DNA of 64,000 nt from an uncultured virus (IMG/VR IMGVR_UViG_3300000478_000004). Taxonomy: Duplodnaviria; Heunggongvirae; Uroviricota; Caudoviricetes. The notes below the pieces were generated by a model. The model was not told the origin of the DNA, did no database searches, and saw only the letters and a list, made by a program, of their open reading frames with translations. Shown in pieces: positions 19,007 through 27,415 of the stretch. The stretch is taken from IMG/VR virus record IMGVR_UViG_3300000478_000004, one strand, 5' to 3'. Positions within the stretch are counted from its first letter, which is position 1; every line of letters begins with the position of its first letter. The translations under genes were made by a program, and so were the position numbers.

Positions 19007-19879
19007 ATGGCCGCAGGTATAGGTGCAGAGTCCACAGAGGTTCTTGGGGGTGCTTTTTCAGCCCTACGATCCTACGTACGTGATGAAGAGCGTCTCATAC
19101 GAGACTTAGCACAGCGTGCCCCACAAAGCAGGACAGAGTTTGTTTCAAAAATAGGGTTTGGTGACTCTCGTGGTCCTTACCGCTATAACGGAACTCCTCT
19201 GATAATAACCACAGAATCCTTGGCGGTACAAGGAAGGTACATTCTGTTTTGGTCCGGCCCCAGCAACACGCAGTGGAACTTCCCCATGCGTGCAGCACAG
19301 CAGCAGACTAGGTCAGGCACCATTACTCACGTTTGGCGTAATGGGTCTAGGTCTACTTTTTTTGACGAACCTACTGTTTCCTTTACCTTTCAGGCCGGAA
19401 ACATAATGCCTGTCAGGATTAGGCAGGAAGTTCTTCAGGGAAACAACACTCTTCCTCAGGACGCTGTTAGTCTTCCTCCTGGGTTGCTTGATTTCTACGA
19501 CTTTTTCGACATACTCAATCAGCCCAAGATTCTTCGTGATGGAAGACCTAATTTTGTGTTCATCGCGTACCACTCTTTGGTGTACCCTGAGATATTCATG
19601 CGAGGATTTTTTACACCTGAGGGACTGTCTTTTTCCGAGGACGCGTCAAACCCAGCAAACCTAAGTTGGAACGCAACCTTCAAAATTCGCTCTACAGAGC
19701 CACCCTTCTACAGCGCACAGCGCCTTATATCATCTTGGCGCTCCGCATTTGTTCCCAGCGTTCAGACGACCTCTGAACAGGCTGGCGAGTTTGGTCCGGC
19801 CGGATCTACCACAAACGACGTCAGGCAGCAACTTTCTCTTGCTGGTGTTCCGGTCAGAGGCCAGGGAGACGGCGGCTGA
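19007..19879 (+). CDS. Putative tail tube-initiator/baseplate-type structural protein
   Basis: 290 aa. PSNTQWNFPMRAAQQQTRSGTITHVW..EPTVSFTFQAG..GFF..LSFSEDASNP..W.ATF pattern resembles tube-fold proteins of contractile tails; inference. Confidence 0.45.
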   Translation: MAAGIGAESTEVLGGAFSALRSYVRDEERLIRDLAQRAPQSRTEFVSKIGFGDSRGPYRYNGTPLIITTESLAVQGRYILFWSGPSNTQWNFPMRAAQQQTRSGTITHVWRNGSRSTFFDEPTVSFTFQAGNIMPVRIRQEVLQGNNTLPQDAVSLPPGLLDFYDFFDILNQPKILRDGRPNFVFIAYHSLVYPEIFMRGFFTPEGLSFSEDASNPANLSWNATFKIRSTEPPFYSAQRLISSWRSAFVPSVQTTSEQAGEFGPAGSTTNDVRQQLSLAGVPVRGQGDGG

Positions 19880-19880
19880 C

Positions 19881-19889
19881 CTGTAAACT
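19881..19889 (+). promoter_or_regulatory. Candidate -10-only promoter CTGTAAACT (also at 25431-25439; variants at 32175 and 59958)
   Basis: Identical 9-mer in two short intergenic gaps, ending 6-7 nt before ATGs that lack a Shine-Dalgarno sequence. Confidence 0.4.
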
Positions 19890-19895
19890 GTTGTT

Positions 19896-20195
19896 ATGGA
19901 CAGTTTACGTATCCCCCTTGTATCGGTGTCGCGGTCCAATGGACCGGAGGGTCATACTCACCTAGAGTATTTTGTCGATGACGTGCTCGTCATGGACATG
20001 GACATACTTAGTGAGTACGTTCCTTCTACCGGACCCATAGAAAAGTTTCCGTTGGTGCAACTTCTAGTTACTCCGCACGAGCACATAGCTGTTTTGGCTG
20101 ATTTGTTAGCTTATGCCAAGGCAAACAAAACTGCAGGAGAGGAATGGAATGGATTACTCTCTAGAGCGGAATCACTTCTGAACCCTCCTGTCTGA
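19896..20195 (+). CDS. Hypothetical protein
   Basis: 99 aa ORF filling the gap before the primase. Confidence 0.55.
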   Translation: MDSLRIPLVSVSRSNGPEGHTHLEYFVDDVLVMDMDILSEYVPSTGPIEKFPLVQLLVTPHEHIAVLADLLAYAKANKTAGEEWNGLLSRAESLLNPPV

Positions 20196-20198
20196 TTC

Positions 20199-21170
20199 AT
20201 GAAAAATTGGCCTCATCCAGTAGAAGCCGAATCGCACATAACCCACGAGTTTGCTCGCGGTGGAATTGAGTACAAGCCTTCTGGGAGGAACAATTTCAAG
20301 ATAAACTGCCCGTTTCCTCACGAAAACGGGTCAGATTCAGGTTATCACCTTGAAGTGACAAGAGATGGAAGAAAAGCTCATTGTTGGGTGTGTGATTGGT
20401 CAGGTAGCTGGAACAAACTAGCCAAGGCTTTAGGGTTGTTTCCCTTCAACACTGAGGTAATTTCCAACACATTTACCAAGAAGGCAGAGGACTTAAACGT
20501 GTTTAGTCCCTTGGCAAACAAGTTGGCCTCTCTTCTTTCGGGTGACGACGACTTCAGTTTACCTTCTTCTATCATTCCTTGGAATAGACCCGTGTGGAGA
20601 GGGCTAAGAAAGGGATTTCTACGGGACATACCCTCTTACTTATGGAAGCAGGACTTGGTATCGAAGAAGGGAAAGCCATTTGTGGTAGAGAGGATCATGT
20701 GGCCTTACCTACAGCATGGAAGGACCCTAGGGTATGTGGGCAGAAGGCTGGACACACTTACCTTTCAGAAGTACTACAGGAGCCCAGGATGCGATGCCAA
20801 GAGGATACTTTTCCCTTTTGACTACGTGCAAAGCAACTTTTCCTCAAAGGGTCCTATAGTCTTGGTGGAGGGTGAGGTGGACGCTCTTAACCTAGTTCAG
20901 TATGGAATACCTTGTCTATCCATCCTAGGATCTAACAATTGGTCCGACGAAAAGAGGGACTTACTTATTTCTGTTGGATTCGACCACGTACACATACTCA
21001 TGGATCCTGACCCTGCTGGGAGGTCTGCTGCCAGAAAAATACGTCCTACACTTGAGAAGAAGGTAAGCAAGGTAGATGTTCTTACTCTTCATCCTGGGGA
21101 TGACCCAGGATCACTTGACGAAGACCAGCTTTCATGGCTAAAAAATCACGTTTATCAAAAAAGAAACTAG
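20199..21170 (+). CDS. DNA primase (zinc-binding domain plus TOPRIM)
   Basis: CPFPHE...HCWVC zinc site; GYVGR, KYY, VLVEGEVDAL and MDPDPAG TOPRIM motifs. Confidence 0.85.
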   Translation: MKNWPHPVEAESHITHEFARGGIEYKPSGRNNFKINCPFPHENGSDSGYHLEVTRDGRKAHCWVCDWSGSWNKLAKALGLFPFNTEVISNTFTKKAEDLNVFSPLANKLASLLSGDDDFSLPSSIIPWNRPVWRGLRKGFLRDIPSYLWKQDLVSKKGKPFVVERIMWPYLQHGRTLGYVGRRLDTLTFQKYYRSPGCDAKRILFPFDYVQSNFSSKGPIVLVEGEVDALNLVQYGIPCLSILGSNNWSDEKRDLLISVGFDHVHILMDPDPAGRSAARKIRPTLEKKVSKVDVLTLHPGDDPGSLDEDQLSWLKNHVYQKRN

Positions 21171-21958
21171 AAGAGCAGGCGGAAGCTGAAATACGCGCCT
21201 CCCTAAAAGAAGAGATACTTGTTCCTGCCGAGGTAAAGTTTAGGTCTTCTCGTCTTCCTTTTTGCAAGAGGGAGTACGTAATTCATAACCGGTTTGATCG
21301 CTCTCACGCCGTTCTTCGTGGTGAGGACTATAAGTTTCAATTCTACGTTAGTATAGGAACTGCTGTACACGAGGTAGTTCAGCAGTTCCTAGGCATGGCC
21401 AAGTTTCTTTACGGAGGATGGTCTTGTTGTGGTTTGACGGAGTCCTACAGGGAGGGTTCTGAGCTTTGCCCATTTTGTGGGAGACCTCAGAAGTACGAGG
21501 AGCTTGCTCCGGAGTCTACCCTAGGCATGCACGTGGATGGAGTAAACCTTCGATGGAAAGCTGTCCTAGAGTTTAAGACCACCTCTTCCTCTAATTTGGA
21601 GACACTGACCAAGCCATACGATAAGCATGTGATTCAGGCTAGTTGTTACTGTGATGCTCTTAACGACTCCTACTCGTGGGACTTAGACAAGATCATATTC
21701 GTATATCTATCCAGAGACAACCCGGAGAAGTTCAAGGTATTTATTGTAAAGCCCTCACTAGACGCATACCCTGAGGCTCTGTCACTTTATGAAGAAGCAA
21801 AAGAAGAACTCGCTGAAGGTGAGATCCCAGAAGGGATTTGTGCTAACGCCGCAGAGGGGCACAGAAGCGGATGTTCTTATGCCGGTATCTGCTTCTCACC
21901 TTCTCTAGAATCTCACCTTGTTCCTGCCCATGTTCTTGTACGGAGTAATGATGTCTGA
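21134..21958 (+). CDS. Cas4-like PD-(D/E)XK exonuclease
   Basis: LPFCKRE, IGTAVHEVVQ, HVDG, LEFKT, QASCY, and C-terminal C..C..C (GIC..GCSYAGIC) consistent with a 4Fe-4S cluster; internal CCG..CPFCG. Confidence 0.8.
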   Translation: MAKKSRLSKKKLEEQAEAEIRASLKEEILVPAEVKFRSSRLPFCKREYVIHNRFDRSHAVLRGEDYKFQFYVSIGTAVHEVVQQFLGMAKFLYGGWSCCGLTESYREGSELCPFCGRPQKYEELAPESTLGMHVDGVNLRWKAVLEFKTTSSSNLETLTKPYDKHVIQASCYCDALNDSYSWDLDKIIFVYLSRDNPEKFKVFIVKPSLDAYPEALSLYEEAKEELAEGEIPEGICANAAEGHRSGCSYAGICFSPSLESHLVPAHVLVRSNDV

Positions 21959-22385
21959 CTCTACTAACCAGGTTCTAGATGAGCTTCTGTCCTTGCTCCT
22001 TGCTGAGGGGTATGCAGAGTCCTCTCCTGCGATCGCCTCCATTCGAAGCCTCTATAGCGTCACTTGTACGTCTTCTTCGGACTACACTGTACAAAGAGCT
22101 TCTACTCTTCACAGAACCTCTACTATGCTTCGTTCTCTTCTTCTGTCAGAGGGCATTTCTTACTCAGATAAGGCAAACGTACTTAGAGCAGTAGCGCCTA
22201 ACTATCTAAAGCTTGTGCATGCATTTAAGACGGACGGATCTTTGTGGGGGTCTGCTCAGTCTGACTTGGTCCCTGTGCTCCTTTCTGCTGAGTCCGAAGA
22301 CGACATTGACTCTTCTATGGCTCTTCTTGTGACTCATCTAACTCGATACATAGACTCGTTGTCTAATTGGCTCCCTGCGCAGTGA
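21951..22385 (+). CDS. Hypothetical protein
   Basis: Start MSDSTNQ after ggag; helical, Ser/Leu-rich. Confidence 0.55.
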   Translation: MSDSTNQVLDELLSLLLAEGYAESSPAIASIRSLYSVTCTSSSDYTVQRASTLHRTSTMLRSLLLSEGISYSDKANVLRAVAPNYLKLVHAFKTDGSLWGSAQSDLVPVLLSAESEDDIDSSMALLVTHLTRYIDSLSNWLPAQ

Positions 22386-22438
22386 CTTGGTGTTAGACAC
22401 TATGCTCCTGCCCTTATTTATAAGCTCATCCAACCAAG

Positions 22439-22478
22439 AAAAGGCAACACCTCTTACATAAAGGGGTTGTTGCCTTTT
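22439..22478 (+). terminator. Stem-loop, probable intrinsic terminator upstream of nrdJ
   Basis: aaaaggcaaca...tgttgcctttt inverted repeat with A-tract and T-tract ends. Confidence 0.55.
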
Positions 22479-22504
22479 GCGTCTCTAAGTCTTTTAGGAG
22501 AAAC

Positions 22505-25429
22505 ATGACTGATCAAGGTACTTCCTTAGACACCCACAACTCTTTCGTAGAAAACACTTCTACACCACTCTACTCCCAGTTCATTCACTTATCTCGCTAT
22601 TCACGATGGATAGAAACAAAGGGTAGGAGAGAAACATGGGAGGAGACAGTAGACAGGTACTTGTCTTTTTTCTCTGACACGCTGTCTTCGGCTACTAAGT
22701 CAAAGCAGGAGTACGATGAGGTTTTCGACTTTCTGCGTAGGTCTATTCTGGATCTAAAGTCCATGCCAAGCATGCGTGCCATGATGACTGCGGGAAAGGC
22801 CTTGTCAAAAGATTCGGTTTCGGGATACAACCCAGTATCTGGAGATACTCTTGTTCTTACTTACGAGCATGGCATTGTTCCTATAAAAACACTTTCTGGG
22901 TCTTCCTGTAAGGTTTTGAACGTAGAAGGTCGTTGGGCAGATGCCACCTTCAGATCCTACGGAGAGCAGCCAGTCGTCAAGGCAAATTTCCGCCTAAATT
23001 CTAACACTCGCAAGGAAGTACACTGCACACTTAACCACCGTTGGGTCCTCTCTGACGGCACCGTAGTCCCAACTGAGAAGCTTCAACCTGGTGACTGGGT
23101 CAAGTTTGTGGCAGGTCCAAAACCCGAGCCTGATACACTTGACTATAGGCTCGGTGTTCAGCATGGGTTTATTTATGGTGACGGAACTGCTACGTACTCT
23201 CAGGAGAGGCTGAAGGGTTATCACATACGTATTTGTTCTGATAAGGAGGACACTCTTCCTTGGTTCTCCGAGTATCCTGTGTGTTACCCTCCTTCTTACG
23301 AAGGAGATCCGGTAGTGATGATGTATGGGTCTTTTGCTAAGACACATGAACTTAAGGAACTTCCCTCTGCGGACGAGACCGACCAGTACTTGCTTGGTTT
23401 CATGCGTGGATGGCTTGCGGCAGATGGAACCGTAAGCTCAACCAGTCAAGTCAGCCTTGCTGTTGGTTTAGACGAGATTTCTTGGATCAATAAGGTGGCT
23501 TCTCGCTTAGGCTATGTTGTGCAGTCTAAGTACGAATACCCAGAGGAAACCAACTTCGGTAAGCGTATCAAAAAGTTGTGGTGTTTGTCGTTTAGTCGAT
23601 CCTCCATGTGTTCTGAAGATTTCCTAATAGAACGTAAGAGAAATAGATTCAAGGAGTTGGAATCTCACTACGTGTTCACTGGGATATCTGGTGAAACTAC
23701 CTTGACTGAGGTTTTTTGTGCCGAGGTTCCTGACACAAATACTTTTGTGCTGGATATGGGTCTCGTCACAGGAAATTGCTCCTACCTGCCTATTGATCAT
23801 CAAAGGTCTTTTGACGAATTGATGTACATACTAATGTGCGGCACAGGAGTAGGGTTTTCCGTAGAAAGGCAGTACATAAACAAACTACCCGAGGTGGCTG
23901 ACGCTTTCCACGAAGTTGACACGGTTATTTCAGTTGCCGACTCTAAGATTGGATGGGCGTCATCTCTTAGGCAGTTAATCACTCTTCTGTACTCTGGAAT
24001 GATTCCTAAGTGGGATCTGTCCAAGATCAGGCCTGCTGGGGCACGTCTAAAGACTTTTGGCGGAAGAGCGTCTGGCCCTGCTCCCCTGGAGAGCCTGTTC
24101 AAATTCTGCGTTTCTTTGTTTAAGAAATCCGCAGGAAGAAAATTGTCTTCTCTTGAATGCCACGACCTTGTCTGCAAGATAGCGGATATTGTTGTTGTTG
24201 GTGGTGTGCGTAGGTCTGCTCTTATCAGCTTGTCCAACCTTTCCGACGACCGAATGAGGTTAGCAAAGAGCGGACAGTGGTGGGTGGAACATCCACACAG
24301 GGCCCTAGCAAACAATTCCGCCTCCTACACAGAGAAGCCAGAGTATCAAGTTTTTCTAAAAGAGTGGCTCAGTCTTTACGAGTCTAAGAGCGGGGAACGT
24401 GGTATATTTAGCCGGTATGCCAGCAAGAATCAGGTGATGAAGAATGGGAGGAGGGATCCCGACCATGATTTTGGGACTAACCCCTGTAGCGAGATCCTTC
24501 TTAGGCCGTATCAATTTTGCAACCTTTCCGAGGTAGTAGTCCGCTCTACGGACACGTTAGAAGACCTGCTGAGAAAGGTAGAAGCCGCTACCATACTAGG
24601 TACTCTGCAATCTACCGTCACAAATTTCAGGTACCTGAGACCTATTTGGAAGAAAAATACAGAAGAGGAACGTCTTCTTGGTGTTTCTCTTACTGGAATA
24701 ATGGACCACCCCGTCCTTGGGGACGCCAATTCCTCTCAGCTTGTATCGTGGTTGGCTAAGATGAGGGAAAGGTCCGTTGAGGTGAACAAGACATGGGCGG
24801 ATAAGCTTGGAGTAAACCAGAGTACTGCTATCACCTGCGTGAAGCCCTCTGGAACAGTGAGCCAGTTGGTAGACTCAGCCAGCGGTATTCACCCACGGTT
24901 TTCTAAATTCTACATACGAAGAGTTAGGTGTGATAAGAAGGACCCACTTGCGTCCATGATGTCCATGTGGGGATTCCCTTGTGAAGAGGACGTGATGAAT
25001 CCAAACGTGTGGGTTTTCTCTTTCCCCATCAAGGCCCCCGAAACAGCTTGTACTACGAATGAGATAGGTGCCATGGAGCAGCTGCATCTTTGGAAGTTAT
25101 ACCAAGACCACTGGTGTGAGCACAAGCCTTCTATAACGGTATACTATCGTGATTCAGAATTCCTTGAAGTAGGGTCGTGGGTGTGGAACAACCTCGATTC
25201 CATATCCGGTATTTCTTTCCTTCCTCACTCTGACCACGTGTACCAGCAGGCTCCCTATGAAGAGATAACGGAGGAAAAATACATAGAGCTACTGTCTGCC
25301 CTTCCTACTGATGTAGATTGGTCTGCGCTTGCGGACTACGAGACCCAAGATATGACTGCAGGAAGCCAGACACTCGCCTGCGCTGGCGGTGTGTGTGAGG
25401 TGGTTGACCTAGTTGAAAACAATTCCTGA
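22505..25429 (+). CDS. nrdJ: Class II (adenosylcobalamin-dependent) ribonucleotide reductase, intein-containing
   Basis: RRETWEETVDRY, PSMRAM, GYN/CSY split by an intein, GTGVGFSV, FGGRASGP, VVVGGVRRSA, TNPCSEI, TCVKPSGTVSQL, C-terminal CAGGVC; RBS aggag. Confidence 0.93.
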   Translation: MTDQGTSLDTHNSFVENTSTPLYSQFIHLSRYSRWIETKGRRETWEETVDRYLSFFSDTLSSATKSKQEYDEVFDFLRRSILDLKSMPSMRAMMTAGKALSKDSVSGYNPVSGDTLVLTYEHGIVPIKTLSGSSCKVLNVEGRWADATFRSYGEQPVVKANFRLNSNTRKEVHCTLNHRWVLSDGTVVPTEKLQPGDWVKFVAGPKPEPDTLDYRLGVQHGFIYGDGTATYSQERLKGYHIRICSDKEDTLPWFSEYPVCYPPSYEGDPVVMMYGSFAKTHELKELPSADETDQYLLGFMRGWLAADGTVSSTSQVSLAVGLDEISWINKVASRLGYVVQSKYEYPEETNFGKRIKKLWCLSFSRSSMCSEDFLIERKRNRFKELESHYVFTGISGETTLTEVFCAEVPDTNTFVLDMGLVTGNCSYLPIDHQRSFDELMYILMCGTGVGFSVERQYINKLPEVADAFHEVDTVISVADSKIGWASSLRQLITLLYSGMIPKWDLSKIRPAGARLKTFGGRASGPAPLESLFKFCVSLFKKSAGRKLSSLECHDLVCKIADIVVVGGVRRSALISLSNLSDDRMRLAKSGQWWVEHPHRALANNSASYTEKPEYQVFLKEWLSLYESKSGERGIFSRYASKNQVMKNGRRDPDHDFGTNPCSEILLRPYQFCNLSEVVVRSTDTLEDLLRKVEAATILGTLQSTVTNFRYLRPIWKKNTEEERLLGVSLTGIMDHPVLGDANSSQLVSWLAKMRERSVEVNKTWADKLGVNQSTAITCVKPSGTVSQLVDSASGIHPRFSKFYIRRVRCDKKDPLASMMSMWGFPCEEDVMNPNVWVFSFPIKAPETACTTNEIGAMEQLHLWKLYQDHWCEHKPSITVYYRDSEFLEVGSWVWNNLDSISGISFLPHSDHVYQQAPYEEITEEKYIELLSALPTDVDWSALADYETQDMTAGSQTLACAGGVCEVVDLVENNS
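22832..23776 (+). mobile_element. Class 3 intein (315 aa) with LAGLIDADG homing endonuclease
   Basis: Begins PVSGDTLVLT (Pro1). Block B CTLNHRW, block F EVFCAEVPDTNTF, block G GLVTGN|C. LAGLIDADG motifs GFIYGDG and GFMRGWLAADG. Confidence 0.9.
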
Positions 25430-25446
25430 TCTGTAAACTTAGTTAC

Positions 25447-25692
25447 ATGGATAGTCCTTTGCCGAAACACGTACTCGTAAGAAAGTATGCTAATGAGGTA
25501 AAGGACTATCTACGTTCTAACGGTGTGCAGTCTGACCAAGAAATTATTGTTCTTATAGAGATACTCTCTTACTGTCTACAGACGACGGAATCAAACAGGT
25601 TGTCTTACTTGTTTGGACCGCATTCTGCGAGGTACGCCGTAAGAAGGCTCCTAGCCACACTGAACACTATTAGTAAAGTATTTTCTCTATAA
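25447..25692 (+). CDS. Hypothetical protein
   Basis: 81 aa ORF, TAATG-coupled to the next gene. Confidence 0.55.
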   Translation: MDSPLPKHVLVRKYANEVKDYLRSNGVQSDQEIIVLIEILSYCLQTTESNRLSYLFGPHSARYAVRRLLATLNTISKVFSL

Positions 25693-26153
25693 TGCTCACC
25701 CTAAGCCAACTACTAGTACTAACACAGCAGGATAGCAGAAGGTTCAAGGTCTCCTATACGCTAGACGCACTCAACGCAAAGGCAGCAGAGGACAACAGTG
25801 GGGAATTCATCCAGTTCTCTGCTGTTGTTATAGGAGGTAAAGAGCCAAGGAAGTCTATGGTCCGACTTTATGGCTCAGACATAGACCCTGGCGCTTCCTC
25901 TAAGGTTTCTTGCTCTTGTCCTTACTTTCGTATACGTTTGGCTATTCCTCTTTATCTTGCAGGTTCTACTGAGATACGGGTGGGAAGGGATGAGATACCT
26001 GAAAAATACAGGGGAAACCAAAGGCCTGGATTATGTCCGCATCTTCTTACACTGTGCGAGTCTCTCCTCTCGATGAATTCGACGGAGATGGACCGGTTGA
26101 GGCAACAGTCTCCTCGGGTTTCAGTAAACGATCGTCTTCGTCGTCTGACCTGA
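25692..26153 (+). CDS. SWIM-type zinc finger protein
   Basis: VSCSCPYF ... GLCPHL (CxC-xn-CxH). Confidence 0.7.
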   Translation: MLTLSQLLVLTQQDSRRFKVSYTLDALNAKAAEDNSGEFIQFSAVVIGGKEPRKSMVRLYGSDIDPGASSKVSCSCPYFRIRLAIPLYLAGSTEIRVGRDEIPEKYRGNQRPGLCPHLLTLCESLLSMNSTEMDRLRQQSPRVSVNDRLRRLT

Positions 26154-27379
26154 TGACTGCCAGGTCTCTGATAGAGACCATAAATTCTTCGGACACACTG
26201 ACTCAGGAAGAGCTTTTCCCTCTTTTCAGTAGGGCCTCATTCCTAGTTAACGACGTAGTTCGACTGCTCATAAAAGAAAATACGTACATACAGTACTGCA
26301 TCATTAGACTTGGTGCGGAAGTAGCTGCAAACCTAGATAGAAACAAGGCCATCTATCGTAGACCTGTAGAATTTGTTTCGGGTGTTTTGAAGGACGTTCC
26401 TGTTGACGCCGATAAAAGAGAGGCGGACTTTCTATGTGCCTGCATGGACCTTCAGCAAGCCATACTTCGAGATGATGTTGACTCACAGCTCTCCGTTGTC
26501 TTGTCCCTGCCTCTAACGAGAATGGTGTTTTCTCAGTTTATAAAGGATTGGGCAGACAAAACAGAAGGCTACTGCTACAACTCTTACCTAAGCACCTACC
26601 TAAGAACCTTAGGGGAAGACCCTTCTGACTCCGAACTCGTGTGTCACCTCATAGAAAAAGAGTGCGGCCTAAGTCCCAGAACCGCATTTGGTATTATCCG
26701 TTATGTCTCCCTAAGACTTGACGCTTTATCTTCTATCTATGAAAGAATATTCAACGCATACAGCAGGGTAATACTAAAGCAAGCCAAAGGTCAGGCAGTT
26801 AGCGACGACTCTGCTCTTGACAATTTCCAGAATGGTAGCTTTGGCCTTCTTCGTGCCATATCCTCTTACGACAACATTTCAAACGCACGGTTTGTTGGCC
26901 ACGCAAAATGGTGGATAAGACAATCCATGCTCTACCACCTAAAAGAAGACTCAAACCTAATAAGGGTTTCCTCTAACACCTGGCAGCACTACGCCAAATT
27001 GGAGGCCATAAAACAGCAGCAGGAGTCCCGTATGGGGCCTCTCACGCATTCCCAGCTCTCCACCCTTAGCGGTTATTCGAAGAGCCACGTAGAGTCTGTG
27101 TACTCCACCGTGCGCACGTCCCAGGTAAAGTCGTTAGACTACCCTCTTAGGTGGGACGGAAACTCTACCGTTATGAATGTTTCACCGTTGGAGGATGCAA
27201 CGGAAGACCCTGCAGACTACACTGCCTCTGACTCTGTAAAATCTCTTCTAGAAGATCTTCCTGAAGAACTTAGAAACTTAGTCTGTTTAGCTTATGGTCT
27301 AACTGAATACGTATCTCAGAACCTTCCACCCGATAAGGTGGAGGCAGAAAGACTTAGACAGGTATCTGTCGATCCGTAA
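26153..27379 (+). CDS. Sigma70-family RNA polymerase sigma factor with degenerate region 4.2
   Basis: Start at ATG 26153 (TGATG overlap). Region 2 DNFQNGSFGLLRAISSYD..RFVGHAKWWIRQSM, LIRV; region 3 SLDYPL; region 4.1 LLEDLPEELRNLVCLAYGL. Confidence 0.85.
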   Translation: MTARSLIETINSSDTLTQEELFPLFSRASFLVNDVVRLLIKENTYIQYCIIRLGAEVAANLDRNKAIYRRPVEFVSGVLKDVPVDADKREADFLCACMDLQQAILRDDVDSQLSVVLSLPLTRMVFSQFIKDWADKTEGYCYNSYLSTYLRTLGEDPSDSELVCHLIEKECGLSPRTAFGIIRYVSLRLDALSSIYERIFNAYSRVILKQAKGQAVSDDSALDNFQNGSFGLLRAISSYDNISNARFVGHAKWWIRQSMLYHLKEDSNLIRVSSNTWQHYAKLEAIKQQQESRMGPLTHSQLSTLSGYSKSHVESVYSTVRTSQVKSLDYPLRWDGNSTVMNVSPLEDATEDPADYTASDSVKSLLEDLPEELRNLVCLAYGLTEYVSQNLPPDKVEAERLRQVSVDP

Positions 27380-27415
27380 AACGTAAACACCCTACTTCCC
27401 GTAAAGGTAAATCCC

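Noticed and set aside
22386..22504. Cobalamin riboswitch or tRNA upstream of nrdJ
   Set aside because: Only about 120 nt with one simple hairpin; no recognisable B12 box or cloverleaf.
26033..26152. ORF-track N-terminal extensions (also at 12371, 13075, 15191, 21918, 47381, 58544, 61060)
   Set aside because: They overlap upstream genes; downstream starts with stop/start coupling or an RBS fit better.
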